From NCBI GenBank assembly GCA_016192035.1, contig JACPUW010000030.1, positions 6,322-70,321 on the forward strand: a DNA stretch of 64,000 nt, given 5' to 3'. The DNA is from Bacteroidota bacterium. GTDB taxonomy: Bacteria; Bacteroidota; Bacteroidia; CAILMK01; JACPUW01. Below the pieces are notes generated by a model that was not told the DNA's origin, searched no databases, and worked only from the letters and a program-made list of their open reading frames with translations. Positions 20,654-31,134 of this stretch are shown here, in pieces; the first letter of the stretch is position 1; each line of letters opens with the position of its first letter. Both the position numbers and the translations under genes were made by a program.

Positions 20654-20739
20654 TAACCGTAACCAAACCATAGCTTAATATTCGTAACGGTAGCATAACA
20701 TATCCTTCAAACTGCCGTAACAGGGCCCCGATACCTTCG
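20654..20739 (+). promoter_or_regulatory. Array of TAACA-like repeats at 11-bp period (Pho-box-like) plus -7-like element
   Basis: TAACC 20654, AAACC 20665, TAATA 20676; TAACG 20685, TAACA 20696, TCAAA 20707, TAACA 20718; TACCTTCG at 20732. Confidence 0.6.
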
Positions 20740-20761
20740 CATCAAAATTAACCGAATAGAA

Positions 20762-22432
20762 ATGAGAAAAGTGTACTTGACCCTGTTGGCAGCCCTTGGC
20801 TTTATGGCCGTTAATGCCGCCGACATCACAAAGAAAGATGAAATCAAGAGTGATGAAACCTGGACAAAAAGCAACACCTACTTCCTTGATGGATTTGTGT
20901 TGGTGACCAATGGTGCTACCCTTACCATAGAAGCGGGTACGGTAATCAAAGGCTTGGCTGCCGACAACATTACCTCTGGCGATGCGGCTGCCGCCCTCAT
21001 TATTGGCCGTGGTGCCAAGATTATGGCAGAAGGTACTGCTACCGAGCCCATCATCTTCACTTCTGAGCTTGATGATGTGAACGATGCAAATGACCTGAAC
21101 CTGTCAGACCCCAACGAATCCCGCTCACTATGGGGTGGCTTGGTGCTTTTGGGCAATGCGCCCATCGGTTCCACCGCTTCTGAGATTGTGGTAGAAGGCC
21201 TTCCAAACGAAGACCGTTACAAGTTTGGCGGCACCAATGCAGCCGACAATTCAGGCGTACTCCGCTTTATCTCTATCCGCCATTCTGGCTACGAGATAGC
21301 AGCCGACTCAGAACTTCAAGGCCTGAGCCTTGGCGGTGTGGGTAGCGGCACCACCATTGAGTATGTAGAGTCTTTCTTTTCTGGCGATGACGGTGTGGAG
21401 TTCTTTGGCGGTACGGTTGATGTACGCTACTGGGTTTCTTCGTTTAACGATGACGATGGCTTGGACTGGGACGAAGGATACCGAGGCAGGATCCAGTTTG
21501 CACTGGTAATTGGCGACTCTAAGCGCGGCGACCATGGTGCTGAGTGCGATGGCGCAAAACCTGACGACAACGCCCTGTACTCTGCGCCACAAGTGTATAA
21601 CGTGACCTTTATAGGTGGTTATGAAAACGCCACCAACTCGGGTGCCAAAAACGAGCATGGCATGGTGCTGCGAGATGGTACGGGTGGCGTAATTGCCAAC
21701 TCTATCATAACCGAATACAACAACTACGCACTACAGGTAGAAGACAGGGCCGAAACCTTTGACTCTTACTCTAAAATGAAGAATGGTGATTTGGAATTCA
21801 TCAATAACTACTGGTACTCTTTTGGCGCAGGTTCTTCTTGGAACGATATTATCCTTGCTACCCCTGAAAAAGCACGCGAAACAGATGCCGCTAGCTTGAA
21901 AACGCACTTGGCCAACAACAACAACACCATAGCCAATCCCGGTATCACCAGCACTTCCAGGACATCCAACTTCAACCCTACCCTGAAGTCGGGTTCAGCC
22001 ACCCTAACCGGCGGTAAGCCATTGGTTGACGATGAGTGGTTCTACAACGTGCCTTTTATCGGTGCCTTTAACGGCGAAACCGATGAGTGCTGGATAAAAG
22101 GATGGACTGCCATGGACCACCACGGAATGTTGGCCAGCGGTTTGACCTACGGTGGCATTACTTCTATAGAAAATGCCAACCTGAAGTATTTCGGTGTATA
22201 TCCCAACCCTGCCAACGAGGTGGTGTATGTGGACTTGAACCTGGAAGTATCAGAAAACGTACAAGTTAGACTGCTTGACCTGAGTGGCCGTGTGGTGATG
22301 AACGTAGCCAGTGGCAGCATGGAAGGCATTTCTAAGCTTACCATAAATACCGAAAACCTGAACAAAGGCACTTACTTCATCCAAATCAACGGTGTAAGGA
22401 CTGCCTTGACCCAAAGATTGATGTTGCAATAA
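20762..22432 (+). CDS. Secreted beta-helix surface protein with T9SS type A CTD
   Basis: Signal peptide; LTIEAGTVIK, PIIFTS, WGGLVLLG, DNSGVLRF, DDGVEFFGG; CTD VYPNPA...GTYFIQI. Confidence 0.85.
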   Translation: MRKVYLTLLAALGFMAVNAADITKKDEIKSDETWTKSNTYFLDGFVLVTNGATLTIEAGTVIKGLAADNITSGDAAAALIIGRGAKIMAEGTATEPIIFTSELDDVNDANDLNLSDPNESRSLWGGLVLLGNAPIGSTASEIVVEGLPNEDRYKFGGTNAADNSGVLRFISIRHSGYEIAADSELQGLSLGGVGSGTTIEYVESFFSGDDGVEFFGGTVDVRYWVSSFNDDDGLDWDEGYRGRIQFALVIGDSKRGDHGAECDGAKPDDNALYSAPQVYNVTFIGGYENATNSGAKNEHGMVLRDGTGGVIANSIITEYNNYALQVEDRAETFDSYSKMKNGDLEFINNYWYSFGAGSSWNDIILATPEKARETDAASLKTHLANNNNTIANPGITSTSRTSNFNPTLKSGSATLTGGKPLVDDEWFYNVPFIGAFNGETDECWIKGWTAMDHHGMLASGLTYGGITSIENANLKYFGVYPNPANEVVYVDLNLEVSENVQVRLLDLSGRVVMNVASGSMEGISKLTINTENLNKGTYFIQINGVRTALTQRLMLQ

Positions 22433-22470
22433 CATCCTGTAATCTGATAACATACCTTGTTCCCATACAG

Positions 22471-22505
22471 AAAGCTCCCCGTGACATTTCGCGGGGAGTT
22501 TTTTT
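22471..22505 (+). terminator. Intrinsic terminator/attenuator between surface protein and TBDR
   Basis: GCTCCCCG...CGGGGAGT hairpin followed by a T run. Confidence 0.8.
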
Positions 22506-22538
22506 ACTAGTTAGCAAACAATTACATTCTCACATAAC

Positions 22539-25469
22539 ATGCTAAGAACGCTACTTTTACTCACCACCTTTTTTAACTCTGGGATACTGCTGGCCCAGAA
22601 CGGTGTACTTACCGGTAAGTTATACGATGCCGTGAACGGCGAAGGCCTCATAGGAGCCAATGTGTATCTCACCGACAACGTAACCGTGGGTACCATCACC
22701 GATTTTGAAGGAAACTTTTCCTTTTCGGTACCCGCTGGTAATTATAGCGTTACGGCTTCATACATAGGCTATGACAACATGGTGCGCCAAGGGGTTGTGG
22801 TAGGGGCAGGCCAAACCGTTACCCTGGTTTTCCCCATGGGTGAGAGCTCCATAAAAATGGAAGAGGTAGTGATAGAAACCAAAAGGACAGAAAACACGGA
22901 AATCGCTATACTGGCCCAGCGGCGCAATGCAGTGGCGGTAATGGACGGTATTTCAGGCCAAGAAATTAGCCGATCGACCTCAAGCAACGTGGGCGATGCG
23001 GTAAAACAAGTAACCGGCGCATCGGTAGAGGGCGGCAAGTACATGGTGGTGCGCGGACTGGGCGACCGATACTCTATAACCCAGCTGAACGGGGTAACGT
23101 TACCCAGCACCGACCCGTACAGAAACGCGACCAGTCTTGACCTTATTCCAGCTTTTATGCTCGATAACGTAATGACAACCAAAACGTTTACACCCGATCA
23201 ACCCGGAAGCTTTACTGGGGGCAACATGAATATTAAAACCAAATCATTTCCCGATAAACTCTTTGTAAACCTGGGTATTAGCACATCCTACAATACCTTG
23301 GGGAATTTGCAAAAAGGCATTATAGCCCGAAACGGTGGCTCGGATCAACTGCCCGATATGATCTATGACCAGATAAGGCTGCCGGCCAATGAGTCCGTAT
23401 TCGGGTTTAGCTACAGGTTTTATGCAAAAAAGGATTATATAAAGGGGATACCAGGCGCCGAAGACAAATTGCTCCTGCTCAATGAGGTAAATCAAACACT
23501 GAACACCCCCCTCACCTTGGGCCAAATGAACACCCCACTGAATTACTCTGCCAGTGCCAGTGTGGGCAATAACCTCAAGATTGGCGAGAACAAGTTGGGC
23601 TATGTGTTGGGCATTCGCTATTCCAAGTCCTATTCTTACTATGAAAACGGCCTTTCGGCACGATTTATCACGGGCGGCGACCAATTGCAACGGCTATATG
23701 AATATAGTGACCAACAGTCGGAGGTCAATGAAACCGTGGGTGCCTTTGCCAACATAGCCTATCAGTTTGCCAAGAACCATGAAATATCCGTAACGGGTAT
23801 GTTTAACCAAGGTAACCGGGATTTGGCCAGGTACCAGGAAGGCGTGCGCGACGAAACCGGAACGGCCAACCTCTTCCAGACCCGCACCCAAGGTTTTAGC
23901 CAGCGTGACATGATCAACGGACAATTGAATGGCAAGCATAGGTTGGCCAATGGAAAACTAAAGGTAGAGTGGACTGCGGGTGTTACAGGAAGTGGTCAGT
24001 ACGAACCTGATTTGCGCTTCTTTGCCAACCACGTGTCTTACCACTACGATGATGTGGCAGGCAATGAAGAGGTAAGGATTGACAAGAGTTCCTATGGTTT
24101 GCCAAACCATTTCTTTAGGGAGCTGGAAGACAGGCAGTATGATGCCAAATTGGACTTAGAGTTGCCATTGGGCGACAGCAAGGTCAATAAGATAAAGTTT
24201 GGGGGCTTGTACTCCAACAAGGTGCGCGATTTTAATGAGTATCGTCTAAAACTCAATGAAATAGATCAAAATGTGTATCTAAATAGCCTTGCTCCTTACG
24301 GCCAAGAATGGGGCACCGTGTTTAACTCCTATAACATAGGGTTTGGTTTTGATGATTCCACCGAAAACCTGGTCCACTTTAACGATACCAGAAGGGAAAA
24401 CCAGTACAACGGCACAGAGCGCATGGCAGCGGGATATGCCATGCTGATTTATGCCTTGTCCGACAAAGTAAAACTGGTAACAGGTGCCCGGATCGAATCC
24501 ACGGTAATAGAGATTCGCCCGGGAGAAATTGGCTTGGACGATGCCGATACCGCAAAGGCGCTCGGGGGCATTTACCGAAACTCGTTTGCCAAGATGTTTT
24601 CAAACGATACCCTGAACCAAGGCATGGATTTTTTGCCGGCCATTAACCTAATCGTCACCCTTAGCGAAAGGTCAAACATGCGCCTATCCTTTTCCAAGAC
24701 CATAGCCCGGCCCAACATGCGCGAGTTGGCCCCCTTCTTTTCTTTCGACTTTTTGGGCGGCTATCTCTACCAAGGCAATCCCGACCTGCAGAGGACCACA
24801 GTTTATAACTACGACTTCAGGTATGAGTTGTTTACCCGCCCGGGTGAAATGATTTCCGCATCGGCCTACTATAAGCGATTTAACAACCCCATAGTGAAGG
24901 AGTTTTCCGTAAGCACCTCACAGATTTCAGGTATTGTATTGTTTATCAATCAAGACGTGGCACATGTGGCCGGTTTGGAACTGGAGTACAGAAAAAACCT
25001 GGATGTAGTGAGCGACAGGCTCAGGAACTATCGCTTCAGCACCAACATGTCATACATCTACTCTAGGGTTGACAAGTCGCTCGAAGAAATTGAGGCCGTT
25101 AAGGTGATTAATCCCGATGCCAAGCCTTATCGCCCATTTGCCGGACAATCGCCTTACTTGTTTAACACCAACCTAAGCTATAGGAACGATTCATCCAAAC
25201 TGGAGTCCAACCTGGCGTTTAACTTATTCGGTCCTAGGCTGGTGGAATTGGGATTTGCAGGTACGCCCGACATCATGGAGCAGCCCAGGCCCACGCTTGA
25301 CTTTAACATGAGCAAGGATTTTGGCAAACACTTTTCTGCCAATCTGAGCATACAGAACATACTGAATGCCAAGTTTAGGACTACCCAGAACTTCCTGGGC
25401 AACGTGTATGACAATGACCGAAACCTTATAGGTAGGACCATCGGACTCAAGTTGTCATACAAACTCTAG
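22539..25469 (+). CDS. TonB-dependent receptor with N-terminal CarboxypepD-like domain
   Basis: GEGLIGANV, plug VRGLGDRY...LDLIP...KTFTPD, ARPNMRELAP, GNPDL. Confidence 0.92.
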   Translation: MLRTLLLLTTFFNSGILLAQNGVLTGKLYDAVNGEGLIGANVYLTDNVTVGTITDFEGNFSFSVPAGNYSVTASYIGYDNMVRQGVVVGAGQTVTLVFPMGESSIKMEEVVIETKRTENTEIAILAQRRNAVAVMDGISGQEISRSTSSNVGDAVKQVTGASVEGGKYMVVRGLGDRYSITQLNGVTLPSTDPYRNATSLDLIPAFMLDNVMTTKTFTPDQPGSFTGGNMNIKTKSFPDKLFVNLGISTSYNTLGNLQKGIIARNGGSDQLPDMIYDQIRLPANESVFGFSYRFYAKKDYIKGIPGAEDKLLLLNEVNQTLNTPLTLGQMNTPLNYSASASVGNNLKIGENKLGYVLGIRYSKSYSYYENGLSARFITGGDQLQRLYEYSDQQSEVNETVGAFANIAYQFAKNHEISVTGMFNQGNRDLARYQEGVRDETGTANLFQTRTQGFSQRDMINGQLNGKHRLANGKLKVEWTAGVTGSGQYEPDLRFFANHVSYHYDDVAGNEEVRIDKSSYGLPNHFFRELEDRQYDAKLDLELPLGDSKVNKIKFGGLYSNKVRDFNEYRLKLNEIDQNVYLNSLAPYGQEWGTVFNSYNIGFGFDDSTENLVHFNDTRRENQYNGTERMAAGYAMLIYALSDKVKLVTGARIESTVIEIRPGEIGLDDADTAKALGGIYRNSFAKMFSNDTLNQGMDFLPAINLIVTLSERSNMRLSFSKTIARPNMRELAPFFSFDFLGGYLYQGNPDLQRTTVYNYDFRYELFTRPGEMISASAYYKRFNNPIVKEFSVSTSQISGIVLFINQDVAHVAGLELEYRKNLDVVSDRLRNYRFSTNMSYIYSRVDKSLEEIEAVKVINPDAKPYRPFAGQSPYLFNTNLSYRNDSSKLESNLAFNLFGPRLVELGFAGTPDIMEQPRPTLDFNMSKDFGKHFSANLSIQNILNAKFRTTQNFLGNVYDNDRNLIGRTIGLKLSYKL

Positions 25470-25495
25470 CAAAAATCCCTGTGCACTAAGCCATA

Positions 25496-25523
25496 ACAAA
25501 GCCCCGCAATAGCGGGGCTTTGT
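25496..25523 (+). terminator. Intrinsic terminator
   Basis: ACAAAGCCCCGC-AATA-GCGGGGCTTTGT. Confidence 0.8.
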
Positions 25524-25568
25524 GCGTATGGGCTGCCAGTGAATATATTTGGCCAACTAAAGCAAGAA

Positions 25569-27107
25569 ATGCTGGTAAAAACTTACGGGTCTGCCGTATT
25601 TGGTGTGGACGCCATCACCATTACCATAGAGGTGAACGTGAGCACGGGCACGCAGTTCTTCTTGGTAGGACTGCCCGATAGTGCAGTGAAGGAGAGCGCT
25701 TTTAGGGTTGAAGCGGCCCTCAAGCACAACGACTACTTTGTTACCCGAAAGAAAGTGGTGGTAAACATGGCGCCGGCCGACATTAAGAAGGAGGGTTCCG
25801 CTTTTGACCTGCCCATAGCCATCGGCATGTTGGCGGCCACCGAACAGGTACAAGAACACCGCCTTGCGGAGTATATCATCATGGGCGAACTGTCCCTGGA
25901 TGGCTCGCTGAGGCCCATAAAAGGGGCGCTACCCATAGCCATTCAGGCGCGCAAGGAAAAGTATAAGGGGCTTATGGTGCCAAAGTCAAATGCACGGGAG
26001 GCCGCCATAGTACACGGTATAGATGTCTATGGGGTAGAGCATATTAATGAAATAGTGGGGTTTTTTAATGGAACCACCAGCCTAGCACCTGAAATCGTGC
26101 ATACCAGGGAGGAATTCTTTAGCAACATAGACAATCTGGCGGCTGATTTCAATGAGGTAAAAGGGCAGGAAAACATCAAACGGGCCCTGGAAATAGCGGC
26201 GGCGGGCGGACACAACGTGATACTGGTAGGCCCGCCAGGGGCTGGAAAAACCATGTTGGCCAAGCGATTGCCTTCCATACTGCCTCCGCTCAACCTGCAT
26301 GAGGCACTGGAAACCACCAAGATTCACTCGGTAGCAGGTATTTTGCCTAAGGACGCATCACTTATCACCCAGCGGCCTTTCCGTTCGCCACACCACACGG
26401 TGTCTGACGTAGCCCTGGTGGGGGGCGGGTCGTACCCACAGCCAGGGGAAATTTCGCTGGCGCACAATGGGGTACTGTTTTTGGACGAATTGCCTGAATT
26501 TAAGCGCACTGTGCTTGAGGTGCTCCGGCAACCCCTGGAAGAGCGACAGGTAACGATTTCGAGGGCCAAGATTTCAGTTACCTACCCTGCCAGCCTTATG
26601 CTGGTGGCCAGTATGAACCCTTGCCCTTGTGGATACTATAACCACCCCGAAAAAGAATGTGTGTGCGCACCGGGTACGGTGCAGCGCTACCTCAACCGCA
26701 TATCGGGGCCACTGCTAGATAGGATAGACCTACACGTGGAGGTGGTGCCCGTTTCATTTGATGAGCTGTCAAAGGAGTACAAATCGGAGGGTAGCCTGGA
26801 GGTGCGCGAACGGGTGATCGTGGCCAGGAAAATCCAAGAGGCGCGGTTTAAGGAGAGCAATGGGGTGTTTTTTAACGCCCAAATGGGTACCAGGGAAGTG
26901 AGGAAGGTATGCGAGATCAATACGGCGGGCCAGAATCTATTAAAGACGGCCATGACCAAGCTGAACCTTTCGGCCAGGGCGTATGACCGCATCCTAAAGG
27001 TTTCGCGCACCATAGCCGACCTGGCCTCAAGTGAGCATATCCGCATAGAACACTTGGCCGAAGCCATTCAGTACCGCAGCCTGGATAGGGAGAATTGGGC
27101 GGGGTAG
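25569..27107 (+). CDS. comM: ComM/YifB Mg-chelatase-like AAA+ ATPase
   Basis: [50 protein letters not shown]. Confidence 0.93.
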   Translation: MLVKTYGSAVFGVDAITITIEVNVSTGTQFFLVGLPDSAVKESAFRVEAALKHNDYFVTRKKVVVNMAPADIKKEGSAFDLPIAIGMLAATEQVQEHRLAEYIIMGELSLDGSLRPIKGALPIAIQARKEKYKGLMVPKSNAREAAIVHGIDVYGVEHINEIVGFFNGTTSLAPEIVHTREEFFSNIDNLAADFNEVKGQENIKRALEIAAAGGHNVILVGPPGAGKTMLAKRLPSILPPLNLHEALETTKIHSVAGILPKDASLITQRPFRSPHHTVSDVALVGGGSYPQPGEISLAHNGVLFLDELPEFKRTVLEVLRQPLEERQVTISRAKISVTYPASLMLVASMNPCPCGYYNHPEKECVCAPGTVQRYLNRISGPLLDRIDLHVEVVPVSFDELSKEYKSEGSLEVRERVIVARKIQEARFKESNGVFFNAQMGTREVRKVCEINTAGQNLLKTAMTKLNLSARAYDRILKVSRTIADLASSEHIRIEHLAEAIQYRSLDRENWAG

Positions 27108-27222
27108 TGAACGCAATACAAAGCGGGTAGATGTAATAAATAGGCTAATTGCTACAAGGGAAGTGGAGAGCCGGATAACCCCTAGCTGCCCCACCTTATG
27201 TGCAATCTGGGCAGCTAGCTAC

Positions 27223-27252
27223 AAAAAAAAAGCCCTGGCGGGGCCAGGGCTT
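27223..27252 (-). terminator. Intrinsic terminator of the T9SS gene
   Basis: A run + GCCCTGGC-GGG-GCCAGGGC. Confidence 0.75.
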
Positions 27253-27283
27253 GTGTAGGGGGTGGTGTGTGCGTAGGGATTTC

Positions 27284-28864
27284 TCAATTCCGGTACACCG
27301 GCAATTTGGTGGTGATGCCTGGGGTATTGATCTGCACCACGTACCAACCTGGGGCAGCGGAACTAAGGTCGATCAACGTGCCGCGGCCGTGCATGAGTTC
27401 TTGTCCGCGCATGTCAATTACCTTGTATTCTGGCTGTTGTCCGTAACCGGCAAGGGAAATGAGGCCTTTGGTTGGGTTGGGGTACGCGCCAATGCGCTGG
27501 CGATTGGCCTGGGCCAAGCCTACCGGTTTGGTGGTTTCGCTCACCGTGTTGCTAAAACCGGAGGCGCCTGATGCGTTATACGCCGTGAGCTTGTAGTAAT
27601 ACGTGGTGTTGCCCACCAGGGCGGAGTCTATGTGTTCTATGGTGTTGGGTGCCAGGGTGTCTATTATTGTGTAGTTGCTGTCGTCTTCGCTGCGGTACAA
27701 TATAAAACCGTCCTCGTCATTGGAGTTGTCGTCCCAAGTGAGGCGCAGGTGGGCGGTAGCCCTTTTGTTTAGGAAAACTTGCAGGTTGGAAGGTGCCGTG
27801 GGCACGGAACCTGAAGCTGGCCAACCTTGAAACAGCACGCGCTCCACGGGATTGGTTTCCCATTGGCTTCCTGTCCATTTGTAAACAAGTGCGTAGTCGG
27901 AGGCTCCGTTCTTATAGTAGAATACGGTTTTTCCAGTCTTTATCCAAGTGGAGGTGCCAAATGGTTTTTCGTAATTTATCAGTTCGGCGGCGGTGCCGTT
28001 GGCGTTGTAGCTGTAGTCGGTGGCTTCGCTGGTATCGTCTGGCGAAATTTCTTCCGATCGCGAAAGCCGGCCATTGGAGTCGTATGCAAAGTTTTCTTCA
28101 TCACCATATTGCACCCAGGTGATGCCGTCATAATAGGTTTCCTTAAACGTGGCCATTCGGTCGTTGGAATCGTAGGTAAAGTCATACCGGTTATCTTCTA
28201 TCCAAGAGCTTAAGTCGTCGTCCCAGTCATACTCTTGCACGCGTGTGCAGTTGCCATTTCCGTCATAAGTAAACACATAGCGGTTTTCGTTGAGGTAGGT
28301 GCTTGGGTTGGCAAAACTGGCCATTTCTATAAGCCTTTCTGTGAGTTGGTTGCTGCTGTTGTAGGTATAGGTTTCCCTGCCAGGTGTTACCAGCCACATG
28401 GACATGGGTGCGTAGTACATGGAGTCTGTTCCGGTGGCCGAGGTCATGTCGCCGTTGGAATTATAGGAAAACTGGTAATTATGGATGATTTCCATCACGG
28501 CATTGAACATGGTGCTGCGCTGCTGGGCAAGGGTGCCGTTGCTGTTGTACTTATGGGAATACTGTATGTTCAACGCATCGGTCCAGGCGCCAGAGTCCAT
28601 CTCTGAGAACTGTAGATGTGCAAGCCTGCCGCGCTTGTTTTTGATGAAATAATACCTTGAACTGTCTTCCCAATTGCCATTGATATAAAACTGTCCAAGC
28701 ATGGAATCTCCATAGGAAATCAATGCCTTAAAGCCATAGGTGGGGTATTGGAGGGGGGATGGTGCCGGATTGGTTATGTGGTCCATCTCTTCAGGCCCAT
28801 ACTGGGCGCTTAGGCTTAACGATGCGAACATCATTAGGGTAAGGGTTAAATACTTCATATTCAT
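27284..28864 (-). CDS. T9SS cargo with YD-like beta repeats (DUF3836-like) and FN3 domain
   Basis: Repeated YTY(D/N)xNG units; FN3 LTWDDNSNDEDGF...YYYKLTAYN; CTD AYPNPT...GWYVVQI. Confidence 0.82.
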   Translation of the reverse strand: MNMKYLTLTLMMFASLSLSAQYGPEEMDHITNPAPSPLQYPTYGFKALISYGDSMLGQFYINGNWEDSSRYYFIKNKRGRLAHLQFSEMDSGAWTDALNIQYSHKYNSNGTLAQQRSTMFNAVMEIIHNYQFSYNSNGDMTSATGTDSMYYAPMSMWLVTPGRETYTYNSSNQLTERLIEMASFANPSTYLNENRYVFTYDGNGNCTRVQEYDWDDDLSSWIEDNRYDFTYDSNDRMATFKETYYDGITWVQYGDEENFAYDSNGRLSRSEEISPDDTSEATDYSYNANGTAAELINYEKPFGTSTWIKTGKTVFYYKNGASDYALVYKWTGSQWETNPVERVLFQGWPASGSVPTAPSNLQVFLNKRATAHLRLTWDDNSNDEDGFILYRSEDDSNYTIIDTLAPNTIEHIDSALVGNTTYYYKLTAYNASGASGFSNTVSETTKPVGLAQANRQRIGAYPNPTKGLISLAGYGQQPEYKVIDMRGQELMHGRGTLIDLSSAAPGWYVVQINTPGITTKLPVYRN

Positions 28865-29135
28865 TTTATTGAATTTATGTGTTTGCGCAAAGTTGCCATT
28901 GCTTAATACAACAATACTACGGTAATATGCGCAATTGAGACCGGGTTTACCCCAAATTGCGGCCCTGGTAGGCCTTTTTCATCGCTTCTTACCCCTCTGG
29001 CCTCCGTTTGGCAACCCAATACTCATTTGGCAGATGCGCATCCTATCATTTCACCCACTGGCCCTAAACCTTGAAATGAAGAAAATCTAGCCCTTCTCAG
29101 GAAATATATTGAAATTGGTGCGCTAAAGGAATTGG

Positions 29136-29663
29136 ATGATGTATCGGTATATCGTTGTGTTAATGTGTAAGGCCATGGTTTTTATATCTTCATGCACCGC
29201 CCCGCCACCTGGGGTTGTACCCGTCAACAACTTTGACATACAGAAGTACCAGGGCAAATGGTATGAGATAGCACGGTCCGACTTGCGGTTTGAGCGGGGC
29301 TTGTCGCGCACCACGGCCCAATATTCCCTGAGGCCTGACGGGCTAATAAAGGTGGTGAACCGGGGCTATAAGGCCGCCAATGGCCAATGGACTGAGGTGG
29401 AGAGCAAGGCCAAGATTCAAGGTAGCCCTACTACAGGCAGCCTTAAAGTCTCATTTTTCGGTCCTTTTTATGCTGGCTACCATGTTATAGCCCTGGCCCC
29501 GGACTATGATTTTGCCTTGGTATCGGGCAGCAGCCACAAATACCTTTGGATTTTGGGCAGGTCACCGGTCTTGCCCCCATCGGTCCGAATGGAGTTTTTG
29601 CAATTGGCCCAAAAATTGGGCTTTGACGTGAATGAACTGATTTGGGTGGAGCACCAGGAATAG
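29136..29663 (+). CDS. blc: Bacterial lipocalin lipoprotein
   Basis: ISSC lipobox, GKWYEIAR, LKVSFFGPF, YLWIL. Confidence 0.92.
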   Translation: MMYRYIVVLMCKAMVFISSCTAPPPGVVPVNNFDIQKYQGKWYEIARSDLRFERGLSRTTAQYSLRPDGLIKVVNRGYKAANGQWTEVESKAKIQGSPTTGSLKVSFFGPFYAGYHVIALAPDYDFALVSGSSHKYLWILGRSPVLPPSVRMEFLQLAQKLGFDVNELIWVEHQE

Positions 29664-29684
29664 CGCTTATTCCCAGCGTATAAT

Positions 29685-29717
29685 AAAAAAGCCCCGCCAG
29701 GTTGTGGCGGGGCTTTT
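29685..29717. terminator. Bidirectional terminator between blc and susD
   Basis: AAAAAAGCCCCGCCA...TGGCGGGGCTTTT. Confidence 0.8.
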
Positions 29718-29741
29718 ACTTCGGTTACCCAAGTCAACGCA

Positions 29742-31115
29742 TCAATCGGCGTCCCACCACACCTTGGCGTAGATGTCAATGGGGTTGCTTAGTAGGTTGT
29801 AATTGTCAGCATTGTAGAACCGCTCACTCTGTGACATGGGCCACCTAGTGGGGATCTTGGATTGCCCGTCAGAGGGGGTTAAAGCAGGAAACCCGGTCCT
29901 TCTCCAGTCGGTCCAGGTCTCGGTTTGGTAGTACAGTGCTATGTACTTCTGCGTCATGATTTTCTCAAGGCTGATTGTGGCATCTGTTTCCGCAGCATTT
30001 GCCGCCAGGTAGGCAGCATCGCTCACGCCCCACTGCTCCAGCGAAGCGGTAACCGCTTCGTTGTGGGCGGTGGCAGCGCGTGGTTTATCACCGCTTTCCA
30101 GTGCAGCCTCGGCCTCTATAAACTTCTGCTCCACATAGGTTACAAAAGGAATAGGTGCATCGGGTGCATTGTAGGCAACCCCTGGATAGCTGGCCGAAAT
30201 GTCGGGCTTGCCGGCAGGTGAACCGCGGTAGCCGGTAGTATCGGCAGGCACGGCAAATACCGCAATCCGTGGATCGTTCAATCCATTCATCAGGTCGATA
30301 AAGAACTTGCCCATGCGGATGTCGCCGCGCTGGTCCACAAATTGGTACAAGGGGTTCTGCTCTGTTGATGCGGTGGTATAGAACATGTTAAGGTCATCGA
30401 CCGATCCAGAGAAACCGCCATTGTCCAGGGCGGCCAGTGCTTTGGCATAGTCGCCGCTATTCACGTTGGCCGTATGGAGATACGCACGCCCCAGGAGCAC
30501 GTTGGCCGCACTGGTCCATAGGGCCAGGTCGCCTCCGTACATCAGGTCATCGCCCCCTGGGCTAAACATGCTCTCGGCGGCACCCAAATCGGTAGCTGCC
30601 TCTGTAAGTAGGGTAACTATGGCTGCATAGATGTCCTCCTGTTTGTCGTATCCTGGCTTTAGGTTTTCGCTAAGCTGGAACGCATCTGAGAACGGAATGT
30701 CGCCGTACAAGTCGGTGGTTACCATCACGGCATGGGCCATGAGCACCTTTGCCACCCCCGCATAGTGCGGCGATTCTGTGCCGGCCTTCTGGATGATGAT
30801 ATTGAACTCATTCATGGCGGTGGAATAGGATGATTCCCAGGAATTGTTTACGTCCACTTCCGTGATGTTATAGGCATCAATGCCCAGGTGCTGTCGGTCC
30901 ACCCCGCCGTGGTGCTGGGTTATCACGCTGTTGTAGCGGCATATGTCGCCACCATAGGTGTATGACCAAGCCGCCTGTGCGCCGGGGAGTATGAGCTCCA
31001 AGGGCACGTCCTTTGGGTTGTTGGGGTCTATGTTTATGTCCGTGTCCACCCACTTGTTGCAGGCAGTAAGCGCCATCAACCCCGCTACGCTTAAAAGTAA
31101 AAATGACTTTCTCAT
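29742..31115 (-). CDS. SusD/RagB family lipoprotein (SusD-like_2 type)
   Basis: LTAC lipobox, INIDPNNP, TDLYGDIPFS, QKYIALY, WTDWRRTGFP. Confidence 0.93.
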   Translation of the reverse strand: MRKSFLLLSVAGLMALTACNKWVDTDINIDPNNPKDVPLELILPGAQAAWSYTYGGDICRYNSVITQHHGGVDRQHLGIDAYNITEVDVNNSWESSYSTAMNEFNIIIQKAGTESPHYAGVAKVLMAHAVMVTTDLYGDIPFSDAFQLSENLKPGYDKQEDIYAAIVTLLTEAATDLGAAESMFSPGGDDLMYGGDLALWTSAANVLLGRAYLHTANVNSGDYAKALAALDNGGFSGSVDDLNMFYTTASTEQNPLYQFVDQRGDIRMGKFFIDLMNGLNDPRIAVFAVPADTTGYRGSPAGKPDISASYPGVAYNAPDAPIPFVTYVEQKFIEAEAALESGDKPRAATAHNEAVTASLEQWGVSDAAYLAANAAETDATISLEKIMTQKYIALYYQTETWTDWRRTGFPALTPSDGQSKIPTRWPMSQSERFYNADNYNLLSNPIDIYAKVWWDAD

Positions 31116-31134
31116 TGTATTCAAGTATTTAGGG

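Noticed and set aside
27284..28864. RHS/YD polymorphic toxin
   Set aside because: Too short, lacks the DPxG core terminus, ends in FN3 + CTD and has no immunity gene.
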